DNA from: Ptychomitrium polyphyllum
Lineage: Eukaryota
DNA length: 64,000 nt
Assembly: GCA_973851085.1 (NCBI GenBank)
Contig: OZ316776.1
Location: forward strand, 15,004,001 to 15,068,000
Direction: 5' to 3'
The notes beneath the pieces were generated by a model. That model was not told where the DNA came from and ran no database searches. It was given only the letters and a program-made list of their open reading frames with translations. Positions 1-12,500 of the stretch are shown here, piece after piece. The first letter of the stretch is position 1. Each line of letters starts with the position of its first letter. The translations under genes were made by a program, and so were the position numbers.

Positions 1-287
1 ATAAAAATTCTAAAAGATCCAAGTGCGTTAGAACCTTCACTTCTCCAATTTGCTGTGGAAGTTGTTGCAAGGATGAACACCCTAATTGATCCAAGTACAA
101 AAGAGCCTTCAACTCCCCACTTTACTATGAAAGTCGCTACAAGGATGAACACCCTAATACATCTAAATACAAAAAAGCCTTCAATTCCCAAATGTTTAGT
201 GGAAGTTGTTGCAAGAATGACTAGCCTCTTAGGTTCAACTTTGTAAGAGCCTTCAACTTCCCAATTTGCTATGGAAGTTATTGCAAG
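1..287 (-). pseudogene. Displaced 3' tail of the NLR LRR array (about 4 degenerate 72-bp LRR units)
   Basis: Reverse complement reads CTTGC-AATAACTTCCATAGCAAATTGGGAAGTTGAAGGCTCTTACAAAGTTGAACC..., the same repeat unit as 30.7-34.36 kb, with stops. It begins with the CTTGC that precedes the LTR at 34360. Confidence 0.9.
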
Positions 288-868
288 TGTTAGGGACACA
301 AAAAATAAGAAGCAGAAACGAAGTTTTCCCAAGAATTAGCTTCCAAAGAGCTAATGATTAACAAGAACTTGATACAAAGACTAGAACAAGACCAGAACAA
401 GACTGGATTTAAGATGATCCACAACTTGTGTTGGCAAGATTAAGGAATACCTTGTCTTGCCTCCTATTTATATTATGACGCTTGTATCTCCTAGAATATT
501 TCTAAAGAAGTTTCCTACAAGACTTAAGAATGTTCTGAAAATCTAAGGAACCTTCCCAAGAAGTTTCCTAAGATATTGGAACCTTCCTAAGAGTCTTCTA
601 AGGAGTTGGAACCTTCCTTGGAAGGTTCCTAAGATGATGGAATTTTTCTAGGAAGTTTCCTAAAGGGGTAGAACCTTCTTAGGAAGTTTCCTAAGATGAT
701 AGAACCTTCCTAAGAAGTTTCATAAGGTGGAGGAACTTTCCTGGGAAGCTTCCTAAGAACATCAAAAGACTATGGAGACATCTAAATGTATTCTAAGAAG
801 CTATTTTAGTATACTAGAAGGTTCTAGAATGTTCTAATGACTATGTTGCATGATCTATGTCCGTGACA
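288..868 (-). mobile_element. Family A 3' LTR (insertion 'H'), 581 bp
   Basis: TG...CA ends (TGTCACGGAC...CCCTAACA on the minus strand), preceded on the minus strand by the purine tract AAGGAGGTGA. Homologous to the other family A LTRs. Confidence 0.92.
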
Positions 869-923
869 TCACCTCCTTATATAGCGACGAGTCCCATGAG
901 GAGCTCTTTTCTTGGCTTGCTTG

Positions 924-1504
924 TCACATTTCTACAAATTCCAAAATTTGTCGAAGAAGTGAAGCAACATACTCCGCTCGTTGTTCTTTGTTCACTGGTT
1001 CAATTGGTCCTTGCAAGAAGCGTCGATGGCCACCAGCCAAGACTTCTGTTGTTGAAATGTCCAATCCCAAGATCTGATCTTGCTTAAATCCTTCAAAACA
1101 TCCTCCAAACAAGATTTCGGGTCCTCCAGGAGTGACTCTTCCAATTTTTAACAAGATGACTAGAGCGCGAGCATCTGAATTAAGACTCGAATGTGAAGAG
1201 CGACTAATCAATACTTTGGTACGAGGTCGTATTCGACGTTGGGATGTTCCTCCCATATCTTGACTTAGATCTCCCATTACCAAAAGCTGAGAAAGTTGAG
1301 TTGGCTCAACAGATGCTGTTGTTGATGAAAGCATGGCTGACTGCTCTTCACGCATATCCATGATAACACGAAGATTTGACATACTAGCTAGGATCTAGAA
1401 ATGATCTATCTTGGAAATAATGCTGCATACAATTGGAGGTTTGGATCTCTCTCCTCCCTTCTTATACTTGTCTTATGAAGGAAAAACTTCTTTGTGAAGC
1501 TAAC
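924..1504 (-). pseudogene. Family A post-pol accessory ORF (H copy); 924-1382 still open (152 aa); 5' end cut by an insertion
   Basis: Translation aligns end to end with the C-terminal 152 aa of 39722-40321 despite many substitutions. There is one upstream TAG, and the ORF is truncated at GTTAG by the LTR at 1505. Confidence 0.75.
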
Positions 1505-1838
1505 TGTCACGGACATAGAGCATGCAATATAGTCATTAGAACATTCTAGAACCTTCTAGTATATTGGAATAGCTTCTTAGAATACTTTTAGATGTCTTCA
1601 TAGTCTTTCAATGTTCTTAAAAAGCTTCCTAGGAAAGTTCCTCCACCTTAGGAAACTTCTTAGGAAGGTTCTATCATCTTCGGAAACTTCCTAAGAAGGT
1701 TCCAACTCCTTGCAAGACTCTTAGGAAGGTTCCAACATCTTAGAAAACTTCTTGGGAAGGTTCCCTAGACTTCCAGAACATTCTTAAGCCTTGTAAGAAG
1801 CTTCTTTAGAAGTATCCTAGGAGATACAAGCGTCATAG

Positions 1839-1880
1839 TATAAATAGGAGGCAAGACAAGGTATTCCTTAGTCTTGCCAA
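1839..1880 (+). promoter_or_regulatory. LTR promoter: TATA box and predicted TSS/self-primer AGTCTTGCCAA
   Basis: TATAAATA at 1839. AGTCTTGCCAA starts 31 nt later and is complementary to the sequence just 3' of the 5' LTR. The same layout is present in all family A LTRs. Confidence 0.7.
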
Positions 1881-2249
1881 CACAAGTTGTGGATCATCTT
1901 GAATCCTGCCTTGTTATAGTCTTCGTATCAGATTCTTGTTAATCATTAGCTCTTTAGAAGCTAATTCTTGGGAAAAACTTCGTTTTTTCTTCTTGTTTCT
2001 TGTGTTCCTAACAATTTCGCAAGACTACTTTTCATCTTTGTCAGAGCTAAGGTTCTTTGAAGAAGATTGTGGATTACCCATCTTCTTTAGGATTCCATAG
2101 CGTCTTAGAGGTTGCGGATTACCCTCCTCTAAGCTGGCACCATAGAGTTGGTTTTTCCTTCTAGAACCAAGTATTACTTCTTTCAAAGGACGTGGATTTT
2201 CCTCCTTTGAAGGTACTCATAGTCTTCTTATCTTTGCCAATCTTAAATA

Positions 2250-3259
2250 ATGGATAACGTGCCTGGAACATCAGAGAATAAGTTTGCAACTATTGCAGAC
2301 CTTCAAGAGTTATTAAACACAGTTCGAACGGAACTCCCCCGTTTTAATACCACCAACAATTTGGAGCAACATACTCGGCAAGCTGAAGAATCCAATGGTG
2401 ATATTCAAAGCTTATATCAAGAGGTTGTTTGATTGCGAGAGGCCAATATTGGAAGGGAAGGCTTATGTTGAATCCATGCAAAGCCAAAGAATAGCATGCC
2501 AGACAAGTTCGATGGATCAAGATCAAAATTGAGAGGCTTTATTCAACAAGTAAGACTCTTTCTTAGTTTGCATCAATCTCGCTATCCTGATGGCATGACT
2601 CAAGTGGGATTTGTAGCCACTCTTTTATCAAACAATGCACTATCGTGGTTTGCACCACTAATGGAGAAGCAATCTCCATTATTAAACAACTTAGATGCTT
2701 TTATAGAAGCATTGACATCTACTTTTAAAAACATCGACCGAGATAGCATGGCTGAAACAAGAATCCAAAGTCTCCAATAAGGGCAGCGACCAGCTGCTAC
2801 ATATGCTGCAGAGTTTCGACAATCCTTGATTGGAATGATAAAGCCTTGGTCACACAATTTCAATGGAGCTTAAGAGAGAATGTCAAGGACTTGCTACTCA
2901 CAATGCCAAGAGTTGAAACATTGGACGAATTCATCACTCAGGCAATAGCATGTGACAACAGACTATTTGAGAGGCGCCAAGAACAACGCTTGGGATGGCG
3001 ACCAATACATCAAAGCATGGCTACCACTTCTTCAAGAGCATCTGAAAGCCGACCGCAAGGACCAGAACCTATGTAAATTGATGCTGCCCAGTTCAGATGC
3101 ATGACTCCAGAAGAAAAAGAAAGGCGTCGAAGAGAAAACCTATGTTTGTATTGTGGCAAGTCTGGACATAAAGTGCGCAACTGCCAAGTCAAAGGATCTA
3201 CCTTTAAGGCTCATAGCACAATGGTGGAGTTGGAAAACGAGGCTGTCCAGTCACAGTAG
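2250..3259 (+). pseudogene. gag: gag (retrotransposon capsid plus CCHC zinc knuckle), disrupted
   Basis: MPDKFDGSRSKLRGF..., GPEPM*IDA, EEKERRRRENLCLYCGKSGHKVRNC (sushi/PEG10-like). Contains internal stops and a deletion-caused frameshift near 2820. Confidence 0.9.
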
Positions 3260-3277
3260 GGACCATGCGACTGGACA
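3232..3277 (+). promoter_or_regulatory. -1 programmed ribosomal frameshift signal (G_GAA_AAC plus stem-loop)
   Basis: The heptamer at 3232-3238 is in the gag frame, followed by a 5-nt spacer and a 12-bp stem 3244-3255/3266-3277 with one mismatch. The -1 frame runs openly into pol. Also present at 13091-13097 (-), 36210-36216 (+) and 55708-55714 (-). Confidence 0.75.
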
Positions 3278-6200
3278 CCACAAAGAAACGACCATCAAAT
3301 CAAGGTCTCTTACTACCTTCAAGCCCTACCTCTTGTTTTACATTTCCTATCAAAATTAATTTGTTAGATGATGAAATAATTAGCGAGGCTCTCTTAGACA
3401 CTGGTGCAACGGCATGTTTTATGGACAAGGATTTTGCAACCAAACATCATATGGTGCTTGTGAAGAAAAAATATCCTGCACCTATTGAAGCTATTGATGG
3501 ACGATCTCTTGCGTCTGGCAACGTTATTGAAGAAACTCAACCATTGGACGTTGTTTTAGGAGACCAGACATCTAAGATTGTCTTCAACATCATTCAATGC
3601 CAAACAAATCCTATTGTTTTGGGCCTTCCTTGGTTTGAATTACATAATCCAGACATTGACTGGCGCTCACGGAATGTAGTCTCAAGGAAAAGTTGTCAAG
3701 GTACGAGAGATCTTGGACCATCATTTATTGGAGCAAAGGCATTTATGAGAGCAGCAAAGGATGAACCAATCTATGCCGTTTATGCCACGCCAATGTCTAG
3801 CTCAACAATAGAGACTAATCAAAACATACCTCGTCAATATCAAGATTATAAAGACGTTTTTGAAAAGAAGAATGCGGACATGTTACCAAAGCACCGGCCA
3901 TACGATTGTACCATTGAATTGCAAGAAGGAGCCCAACCACCTTTTGGACCTATTCATAACTTATCACAAACAGAGTTGGCTGCCTTGAGAGAATATATTG
4001 ATGAAAACCTTGGAAAGGGTTTCATTCAACATTCTAAATCACCTGCTGGAACACCCATTCTATTTGTAAAGAAGAAAGATGGATCATTACGTATGTGCGT
4101 GGACTATCGAGGCCTCAATAAAGTAACAAAAAAGAATCGCTATCCATTACCATTAATCTCAGGACTCCTACAACAACTTGGCCAAGCAAAGATATTCACC
4201 AAAATTGACCTTAGAGGAGCCTACAATCTTGTACGCATCAAAGAAGGAGAGGAATGGAAGACAACTTTTCGATCTAGATATGGTCATTTTGAATACAATG
4301 TCATGCCTTTTGGCCTTACTAATGCTCCCGCAGTCTTCTAACATATGATGAATGATATCTTCCATAAATATCTGGATGATTTTGTAGTCATCTACTTAGA
4401 TGATATTCTGATATATTCAAAGGATGAACAAGACCACAAAGGTCATGTGCGATTGGTCTTAAAAAAACTACGCCAGCGAGGATTATATGCTAAATTGGAG
4501 AAGTGCCTTTTCCATGAATCCTCGGTTGAATTTTTAGGCTACATCATTTCCAAAGGAGGAATCCATATGGATAAGAAGAAAATAAGCACTGTCATGGAGT
4601 GGAGTACGCCAAGATCAATTCGAGATGTTCAGTGCTTCTTGGAATTTGCAAACTTCTACAGGATATTCATCAAGAATTATTCCAAGATTGTGACACCATT
4701 AACACATCTTACGGGGAAGCAAAAATTCATTTGGGATGAAGAGGCGGAAAAAGCACTTCAAAGTCTTAAGAAGTCATTTATGTCGGCTCCAGTTCTTATT
4801 CATCCAAATCCATCAAAGCCTTTTTATTTGGAAGCGGATGCCTCAGATTTTGCGCTTGGCTCAGTACTCTCACATTTTGATTAAGACGAGAGGCTTCACC
4901 CGTTTGCCTTTTGTTCAAGAAAGTTCTTAGCGGCAGGGATCAACTATGATATATATGATAAAGAACTACTTGCAGTTGTAGATGCGTTCGAAGAATGGCG
5001 ACACTTATTGGAAGGAGCTCAACATACCATCACAATATACACAGACCACAAGAACTTGGAGTATTTCATGAGTGCGTGCGTTTTGAATCGCCGTCAAGCA
5101 AGGTAGAGTATGTCGCTTTCCAGATTTGACTTTATCATTATTTATCGATCTGGTAGCTTGCAAGGTAAGCCAGATGCCTTATCTCGAAGATCTTATTTAG
5201 CTCCTCAACCTGGAGATGATGTCTTGAATCAACAAAAGACTATTTTATTGAAACCAGAGAATTTTCAATTGAAAGCAACAATTATTACAACAACATCCCA
5301 TCTTGACAAAATTCGAAAGGATTTGAAGAATGACGTCTTTGTTTCAAATATAAAGAAGCGCCTCAAAGACAATGGAAGTCCTTCAAATAGCGATGAGGAC
5401 TTTGAATTCCAAGAGGGCCTACTTTATTATAAAGGACTTTTGTACCTACCTCCAGGCCCTTTGCGGTTGAAGATCCTTCAAGTACGTCATGATTTTCTAG
5501 CAACAGGACATTTTGGATTCAATAAAACAATGGAGTTGATTGCAAGAGACTATTGGTGGCCACAAATGTGGAAGTACGTGAAGGACTTTATTCGATCATG
5601 CGACACTTGTGCAAGAGCCAAGGTACCAAGACACCAACCTCATGGTCTCCTCCATCCGCTTCCAGTGCCAAGGGGCCCATGGTTGTCTTTATCAATGGAT
5701 TTTATCACGGACCTTCCAAACTCCGATTCTAAAGATTCTATTTTGGTAGTGGTGGATTGATTTACCAAAATGGCACATTTCATTCCATGCAATAAGACGG
5801 TAACGGGAGAAAAAACTGCCAAGTTGTTCCTAAATCACGTCTACCGCATATATGGACTACCATATGATATTGTATCCGATCGGGGGCCGCAGTTCATTTC
5901 CAACTTTTGGAGGGCTCTATTCCAGCTATTGCGTGTAAAGATCAATCTTTCTTTAGCACACCATCCGCAAATTGATGGCCAAACCGAACGCGTGAATCAA
6001 ATTTTGGAACAGTACCTTTGTTGTAGCATAAACTACCAGCAAGACAACTGGATGGATCTCTTGCCTTTGGTAGAATTTGCTTACAACAATACGGTGCATT
6101 CTTCAACAACTCAAAGTCCATTCTTTGCAAACTATGGCCATCATCCTCGAGCAGATCCATTTCAAGTGAAGCATGTTGGAAGTCCTGCGGTAGAGGATTT

Positions 6201-6744
6201 TGCAATTCAATTTGCTAAAATCCATCAAGAAATTACCTTCCAGTTACAACAAGCTCAAGATCGTTACAAAACTTATGTAGATCGCCATCGGAAGGACCAT
6301 CCAAAGTTCAAGGTTGGAGATAGCGTATGGCTCCTACGATAAAATATACAAACAAAAAGACCATCAAAGAAGTTGGACTATCAAAGGCTTGGACCGTTTG
6401 AAATCAACAAACAAATAAATCCGGTTAGTTATTGCCTAAAGCTACCACCAAGCATGCAAATTCATCCAGTATTCCACGTATCGTTGTTGGAAACCTATAA
6501 TAAATCATGTATACCAGAGAGAATTGTCCCTCCGCCTCCTCCGCTGGAAATCAATAATGAAATTGAATATGAAGTGGAAGAGATCTTAGATTCACGCATC
6601 AAGAACCGACGTGTGGAGTACCTCATACATTGGCAAGGATATGGCATCAATGACCGAACATGGGAACTTTCAACGAATGTAACAAATGCATTCGAGAAGG
6701 TACGCGAATTTCATCAAAGATATCCTCAAAAACCAGGTCAGTGA
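3265..6744 (+). pseudogene. pol: pol (PR-RT-RH-IN-chromodomain) with in-frame premature stops
   Basis: LLDTGA protease, YLDD RT, ADASD RNase H, H-H-C-C and D,D-35-E integrase, GPF/IHPVFHVSLL motif, chromodomain EYEVEEILDSR...YLIHWQGY. All segments are in one frame, separated by stops. Confidence 0.95.
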
Positions 6745-6768
6745 TGATGTGTCATCAGCACCCGTTAG

Positions 6769-7339
6769 TGTTAGGGACACAAGAAACAAGAAGCGGATAC
6801 GAAGTTTTTCTCAAGAATTAGCTTCCAAAGAGCTAATGATTGACAAGAACCTGATACGAAGACTATAACAAGGCAGGATTCAAGATGATCGACAACTTGT
6901 GTTGGCAAGACTAAAGAATACCTTGTCTTGCCTCCTATTTATGCTATGACGCTTGTATCTCCTAGGACACATATGAAGAAGCTGCTTACAAGGCTTAAGA
7001 ATGTTCTGGAAGTCTAGGGAACCTTCCCAAGAAGTTTTCTAAGATGTTGGAACCTTTGTAAGAATCTTGCAAGGAGTTGGAGCCTTCCTTGGAAGTTTCC
7101 TAAGATGATGGAATTTTTCTAGGAAGTTTCCTAAAGGGGTAGAACCTTCTTAGGAAGTTTCCTAAGAAGATAGAACCTTCCTGGAAAGTTTCCTAAGGTG
7201 GAGGAACTTTCCTAGGAAGCTTCCTAAGAACATAGTCAGACTATGGAGACATCTAAAAGTATTCTAAGAAACTATTCTAGTATACTAGAAGGTTCTAGAA
7301 TGTTCTAATGACTATGTCGCATGATCTATGTCCGAGACA
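6769..7339 (-). mobile_element. Family A 3' LTR of antisense insertion 'X' (duplicated at 8359-8930)
   Basis: TG...CA ends and a PPT (GAGGAGGTGA) on the minus strand at about 7340-7349. The flank GTTAG matches CTAAC at 1500-1504. Confidence 0.9.
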
Positions 7340-7394
7340 TCACCTCCTCATTTAGCGACGAGTCCCATGAGGAGCTATTTTCTTGGCTTGCTTG

Positions 7395-7994
7395 TCACAT
7401 TTCTATAAATTCCAAAATTTGTCGAAGAAGTGAAGTAATATACTCCGCTTGTTGTTCTTTGTTCATTGGCTCAACTCGTCCTTGCAAGAAACGCCGATGG
7501 CCACCAGCCAGGACTTCTATTGTTGAAATGTCCCATCCCAAGATCTGATCTTGATTAAGTCCTTTAAAACATCCTCCAAACAAGATTTCGGGTCCTCCAG
7601 GAGTGACTCTTCCAATTTCTAACAAGATGACTAGAACGCGAGCATCTGAATCAAGACTGGAATGTGAAGGGCGACTAGTCAATACTTCTACACGAGGTCG
7701 TATTCGACGTTGGGAGGTCCCTCTCATATCTTGACTTAGATCCTCCGTTACCGAGGGCTGAGAAAGTTGAGTTGGTTCAACAGATGCTGTTATTGATGAA
7801 GGCATGGCCGACTGCTCTTCACGCATAACCATGATAACATGAAGATTTGACATACTGGCTAGGATCTGGAAATGATCTATCTTGGAAATAATGCTGCATA
7901 CAATTGGAGGCTTGGATTCCTCTCCTCCCTTCTTATGCTTGTCTATAAAGGAAAAACTTCTTTGTGAAGCTAACGGCTGCTGATGACACATCAT
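7395..7994 (-). CDS. Family A accessory ORF (199 aa, unknown function); gap-flank duplicate of 8986-9585
   Basis: Open frame from the ATG overlapping the pol stop, ending at ...QILEFIEM*. Confidence 0.55.
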   Translation of the reverse strand: MMCHQQPLASQRSFSFIDKHKKGGEESKPPIVCSIISKIDHFQILASMSNLHVIMVMREEQSAMPSSITASVEPTQLSQPSVTEDLSQDMRGTSQRRIRPRVEVLTSRPSHSSLDSDARVLVILLEIGRVTPGGPEILFGGCFKGLNQDQILGWDISTIEVLAGGHRRFLQGRVEPMNKEQQAEYITSLLRQILEFIEM

Positions 7995-8985
7995 CACTGA
8001 CCTGGTTTTTGAGGATATCTTTGATGAAATTCGCGTACCTTCTCGAATGCATTTGTTACATTCGTTGAAAGTTCCCATGTTCGGTCATTGATGCCANNNN
8101 NNNNNNNNNNNNNNNNNNNNNNNNNNNNNNNNNNNNNNNNNNNNNNNNNNNNNNNNNNNNNNNNNNNNNNNNNNNNNNNNNNNNNNNNNNNNNNNNNNNN
8201 NNNNNNNNNNNNNNNNNNNNNNNNNNNNNNNNNNNNNNNNNNNNNNNNNNNNNNNNNNNNNNNNNNNNNNNNNNNNNNNNNNNNNNNNNNNNNNNNGAAT
8301 TCATCAAAGATATCCTCAAAAACCAGGTCAGTGATGATGTGTCATCAGCACCCGTTAGTGTTAGGGACCACAAGAAACAAGAAGCGGATACGAAGTTTTT
8401 CTCAAGAATTAGCTTCCAAAGAGCTAATGATTGACAAGAACCTGATACGAAGACTATAACAAGGCAGGATTCAAGATGATCGACAACTTGTGTTGGCAAG
8501 ACTAAAGAATACCTTGTCTTGCCTCCTATTTATGCTATGACGCTTGTATCTCCTAGGACACATATGAAGAAGCTGCTTACAAGGCTTAAGAATGTTCTGG
8601 AAGTCTAGGGAACCTTCCCAAGAAGTTTTCTAAGATGTTGGAACCTTTGTAAGAATCTTGCAAGGAGTTGGAGCCTTCCTTGGAAGTTTCCTAAGATGAT
8701 GGAATTTTTCTAGGAAGTTTCCTAAAGGGGTAGAACCTTCTTAGGAAGTTTCCTAAGAAGATAGAACCTTCCTGGAAAGTTTCCTAAGGTGGAGGAACTT
8801 TCCTAGGAAGCTTCCTAAGAACATAGTCAGACTATGGAGACATCTAAAAGTATTCTAAGAAACTATTCTAGTATACTAGAAGGTTCTAGAATGTTCTAAT
8901 GACTATGTCGCATGATCTATGTCCGAGACATCACCTCCTCATTTAGCGACGAGTCCCATGAGGAGCTATTTTCTTGGCTTGCTTG

Positions 8986-9585
8986 TCACATTTCTATAAA
9001 TTCCAAAATTTGTCGAAGAAGTGAAGTAATATACTCCGCTTGTTGTTCTTTGTTCATTGGCTCAACTCGTCCTTGCAAGAAACGCCGATGGCCACCAGCC
9101 AGGACTTCTATTGTTGAAATGTCCCATCCCAAGATCTGATCTTGATTAAGTCCTTTAAAACATCCTCCAAACAAGATTTCGGGTCCTCCAGGAGTGACTC
9201 TTCCAATTTCTAACAAGATGACTAGAACGCGAGCATCTGAATCAAGACTGGAATGTGAAGGGCGACTAGTCAATACTTCTACACGAGGTCGTATTCGACG
9301 TTGGGAGGTCCCTCTCATATCTTGACTTAGATCCTCCGTTACCGAGGGCTGAGAAAGTTGAGTTGGTTCAACAGATGCTGTTATTGATGAAGGCATGGCC
9401 GACTGCTCTTCACGCATAACCATGATAACATGAAGATTTGACATACTGGCTAGGATCTGGAAATGATCTATCTTGGAAATAATGCTGCATACAATTGGAG
9501 GCTTGGATTCCTCTCCTCCCTTCTTATGCTTGTCTATAAAGGAAAAACTTCTTTGTGAAGCTAACGGCTGCTGATGACACATCAT
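8986..9585 (-). CDS. Family A accessory ORF (199 aa)
   Basis: Intact ORF whose start overlaps the integrase stop (TGATG). Confidence 0.6.
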   Translation of the reverse strand: MMCHQQPLASQRSFSFIDKHKKGGEESKPPIVCSIISKIDHFQILASMSNLHVIMVMREEQSAMPSSITASVEPTQLSQPSVTEDLSQDMRGTSQRRIRPRVEVLTSRPSHSSLDSDARVLVILLEIGRVTPGGPEILFGGCFKGLNQDQILGWDISTIEVLAGGHRRFLQGRVEPMNKEQQAEYITSLLRQILEFIEM

Positions 9586-12500
9586 CACTGACCTGGTTTT
9601 TGAGGATATCTTTGATGAAATTCGCGTACCTTCTCGAATGCATTTGTTACATTCGTTGAAAGTTCCCATGTTCGGTCATTGATGCCATATCCTTGCCAAT
9701 GTATGAGGTACTCCACACGTCGGTTCTTGATGCGTGAATCTAAGATCTCTTCCACTTCATATTCAATTTCATTATTGATTTCCAGCGGAGGAGGCGGAGG
9801 GACAATTCTCTCTGGTATACATGATTTATTATAGGTTTCCAACAACGATACGTGGAATACTGGATGAATTTGCATGCTTGGTGGTAGCTTTAGGCAATAA
9901 CTAACCGGATTTATTTGTTTGTTGATTTCAAACGGTCCAAGCCTTTGATAGTCCAACTTCTTTGATGGTCTTTTTGTTTGTATATTTTATCGTAGGAGCC
10001 ATACGCTATCTCCAACCTTGAACTTTGGATGGTCCTTCCGATGGCGATCTACATAAGTTTTGTAACGATCTTGAGCTTGTTGTAACTGGAAGGTAATTTC
10101 TTGATGGATTTTAGCAAATTGAATTGCAAAATCCTCTACCGCAGGACTTCCAACATGCTTCACTTGAAATGGATCTGCTCGAGGATGATGGCCATAGTTT
10201 GCAAAGAATGGACTTTGAGTTGTTGAAGAATGCACCGTATTGTTGTAAGCAAATTCTACCAAAGGCAAGAGATCCATCCAGTTGTCTTGCTGGTAGTTTA
10301 TGCTACAACAAAGGTACTGTTCCAAAATTTGATTCACGCGTTCGGTTTGGCCATCAATTTGCGGATGGTGTGCTAAAGAAAGATTGATCTTTACACGCAA
10401 TAGCTGGAATAGAGCCCTCCAAAAGTTGGAAATGAACTGCGGCCCCCGATCGGATACAATATCATATGGTAGTCCATATATGCGGTAGACGTGATTTAGG
10501 AACAACTTGGCAGTTTTTTCTCCCGTTACCGTCTTATTGCATGGAATGAAATGTGCCATTTTGGTAAATCAATCCACCACTACCAAAATAGAATCTTTAG
10601 AATCGGAGTTTGGAAGGTCCGTGATAAAATCCATTGATAAAGACAACCATGGGCCCCTTGGCACTGGAAGCGGATGGAGGAGACCATGAGGTTGGTGTCT
10701 TGGTACCTTGGCTCTTGCACAAGTGTCGCATGATCGAATAAAGTCCTTCACGTACTTCCACATTTGTGGCCACCAATAGTCTCTTGCAATCAACTCCATT
10801 GTTTTATTGAATCCAAAATGTCCTGTTGCTAGAAAATCATGACGTGCTTGAAGGATCTTCAACCGCAAAGGGCCTGGAGGTAGGTACAAAAGTCCTTTAT
10901 AATAAAGTAGGCCCTCTTGGAATTCAAAGTCCTCATCGCTATTTGAAGGACTTCCATTGTCTTTGAGGCGCTTCTTTATATTTGAAACAAAGACGTCATT
11001 CTTCAAATCCTTTCGAATTTCGTCAAGATGGGATGTTGTTGTAATAATTGTTGCTTTCAATTGAAAATTCTCTGGTTTCAATAAAATAGTCTTTTGTTGA
11101 TTCAAGACATCATCTCCAGGTTGAGGAGCTAAATAAGATCTTCGAGATAAGGCATCTGGCTTACCTTGCAAGCTACCAGATCGATAAATAATGATAAAGT
11201 CAAATCTGGAAAGCGACATACTCTACCTTGCTTGACGGCGATTCAAAACGCACGCACTCATGAAATACTCCAAGTTCTTGTGGTCTGTGTATATTGTGAT
11301 GGTATGTTGAGCTCCTTCCAATAAGTGTCGCCATTCTTCGAACGCATCTACAACTGCAAGTAGTTCTTTATCATATATATCATAGTTGATCCCTGCCGCT
11401 AAGAACTTTCTTGAACAAAAGGCAAACGGGTGAAGCCTCTCGTCTTAATCAAAATGTGAGAGTACTGAGCCAAGCGCAAAATCTGAGGCATCCGCTTCCA
11501 AATAAAAAGGCTTTGATGGATTTGGATGAATAAGAACTGGAGCCGACATAAATGACTTCTTAAGACTTTGAAGTGCTTTTTCCGCCTCTTCATCCCAAAT
11601 GAATTTTTGCTTCCCCGTAAGATGTGTTAATGGTGTCACAATCTTGGAATAATTCTTGATGAATATCCTGTAGAAGTTTGCAAATTCCAAGAAGCACTGA
11701 ACATCTCGAATTGATCTTGGCGTACTCCACTCCATGACAGTGCTTATTTTCTTCTTATCCATATGGATTCCTCCTTTGGAAATGATGTAGCCTAAAAATT
11801 CAACCGAGGATTCATGGAAAAGGCACTTCTCCAATTTAGCATATAATCCTCGCTGGCGTAGTTTTTTTAAGACCAATCGCACATGACCTTTGTGGTCTTG
11901 TTCATCCTTTGAATATATCAGAATATCATCTAAGTAGATGATTACAAAATCATCCAGATATTTATGGAAGATATCATTCATCATATGTTAGAAGACTGCG
12001 GGAGCATTAATAAGGCCAAAAGGCATGACATTGTATTCAAAATGACCATATCTAGATCGAAAAGTTGTCTTCCATTCCTCTCCTTCTTTGATGCGTACAA
12101 GATTGTAGGCTCCTCTAAGGTCAATTTTGGTGAATATCTTTGCTTGGCCAAGTTGTTGTAGGAGTCCTGAGATTAATGGTAATGGATAGCGATTCTTTTT
12201 TGTTACTTTATTGAGGCCTCGATAGTCCACGCACATACGTAATGATCCATCTTTCTTCTTTACAAATAGAATGGGTGTTCCAGCAGGTGATTTAGAATGT
12301 TGAATGAAACCCTTTCCAAGGTTTTTATCAATATAATCTCTTAAGGCAGCCAACTCTGTTTGTGATAAGTTATGAATAGGTCCAAAAGGTGGTTGGGCTC
12401 CTTCTTGCAACTCAATGGTACAATCGTAAGGCCAGTGCTTTGGTAACATGTCCGCATTCTTCTTTTCAAAAACGTCTTTATAATCTTGATATTGACGAGG

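Larger units (their letters stand above)
1505..6768 (+). mobile_element. Ty3/Gypsy chromovirus family A, copy A1 (5' LTR 1505-2013, gag-pol, 3' end truncated)
   Basis: LTR, gag, protease, RT, RNase H, integrase and chromodomain occur in Gypsy order. The copy ends at CCGTTAG where an antisense LTR begins. Confidence 0.95.
6706..9687. repeat. Direct duplication 6706-8096 / 8297-9687 across a 200-N gap (8097-8296); likely unmerged contig overlap
   Basis: Copies are identical apart from 1-nt indels at the contig edge. Offset is about 1591. Confidence 0.85.

Noticed and set aside
4339..6342. In-frame pol stops as programmed readthrough or RNA-editing sites
   Set aside because: They are mostly CAA/CGA/TGG-to-stop transitions typical of methyl-C decay, with no shared readthrough context.
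8056..8499. ORFs containing X runs (also 45907-46210)
   Set aside because: They span N gaps.
6706..9687. Apparent tandem double LTR plus double accessory ORF
   Set aside because: It is a near-exact duplication on both sides of a 200-N gap with edge indels, so most likely an unmerged contig overlap.
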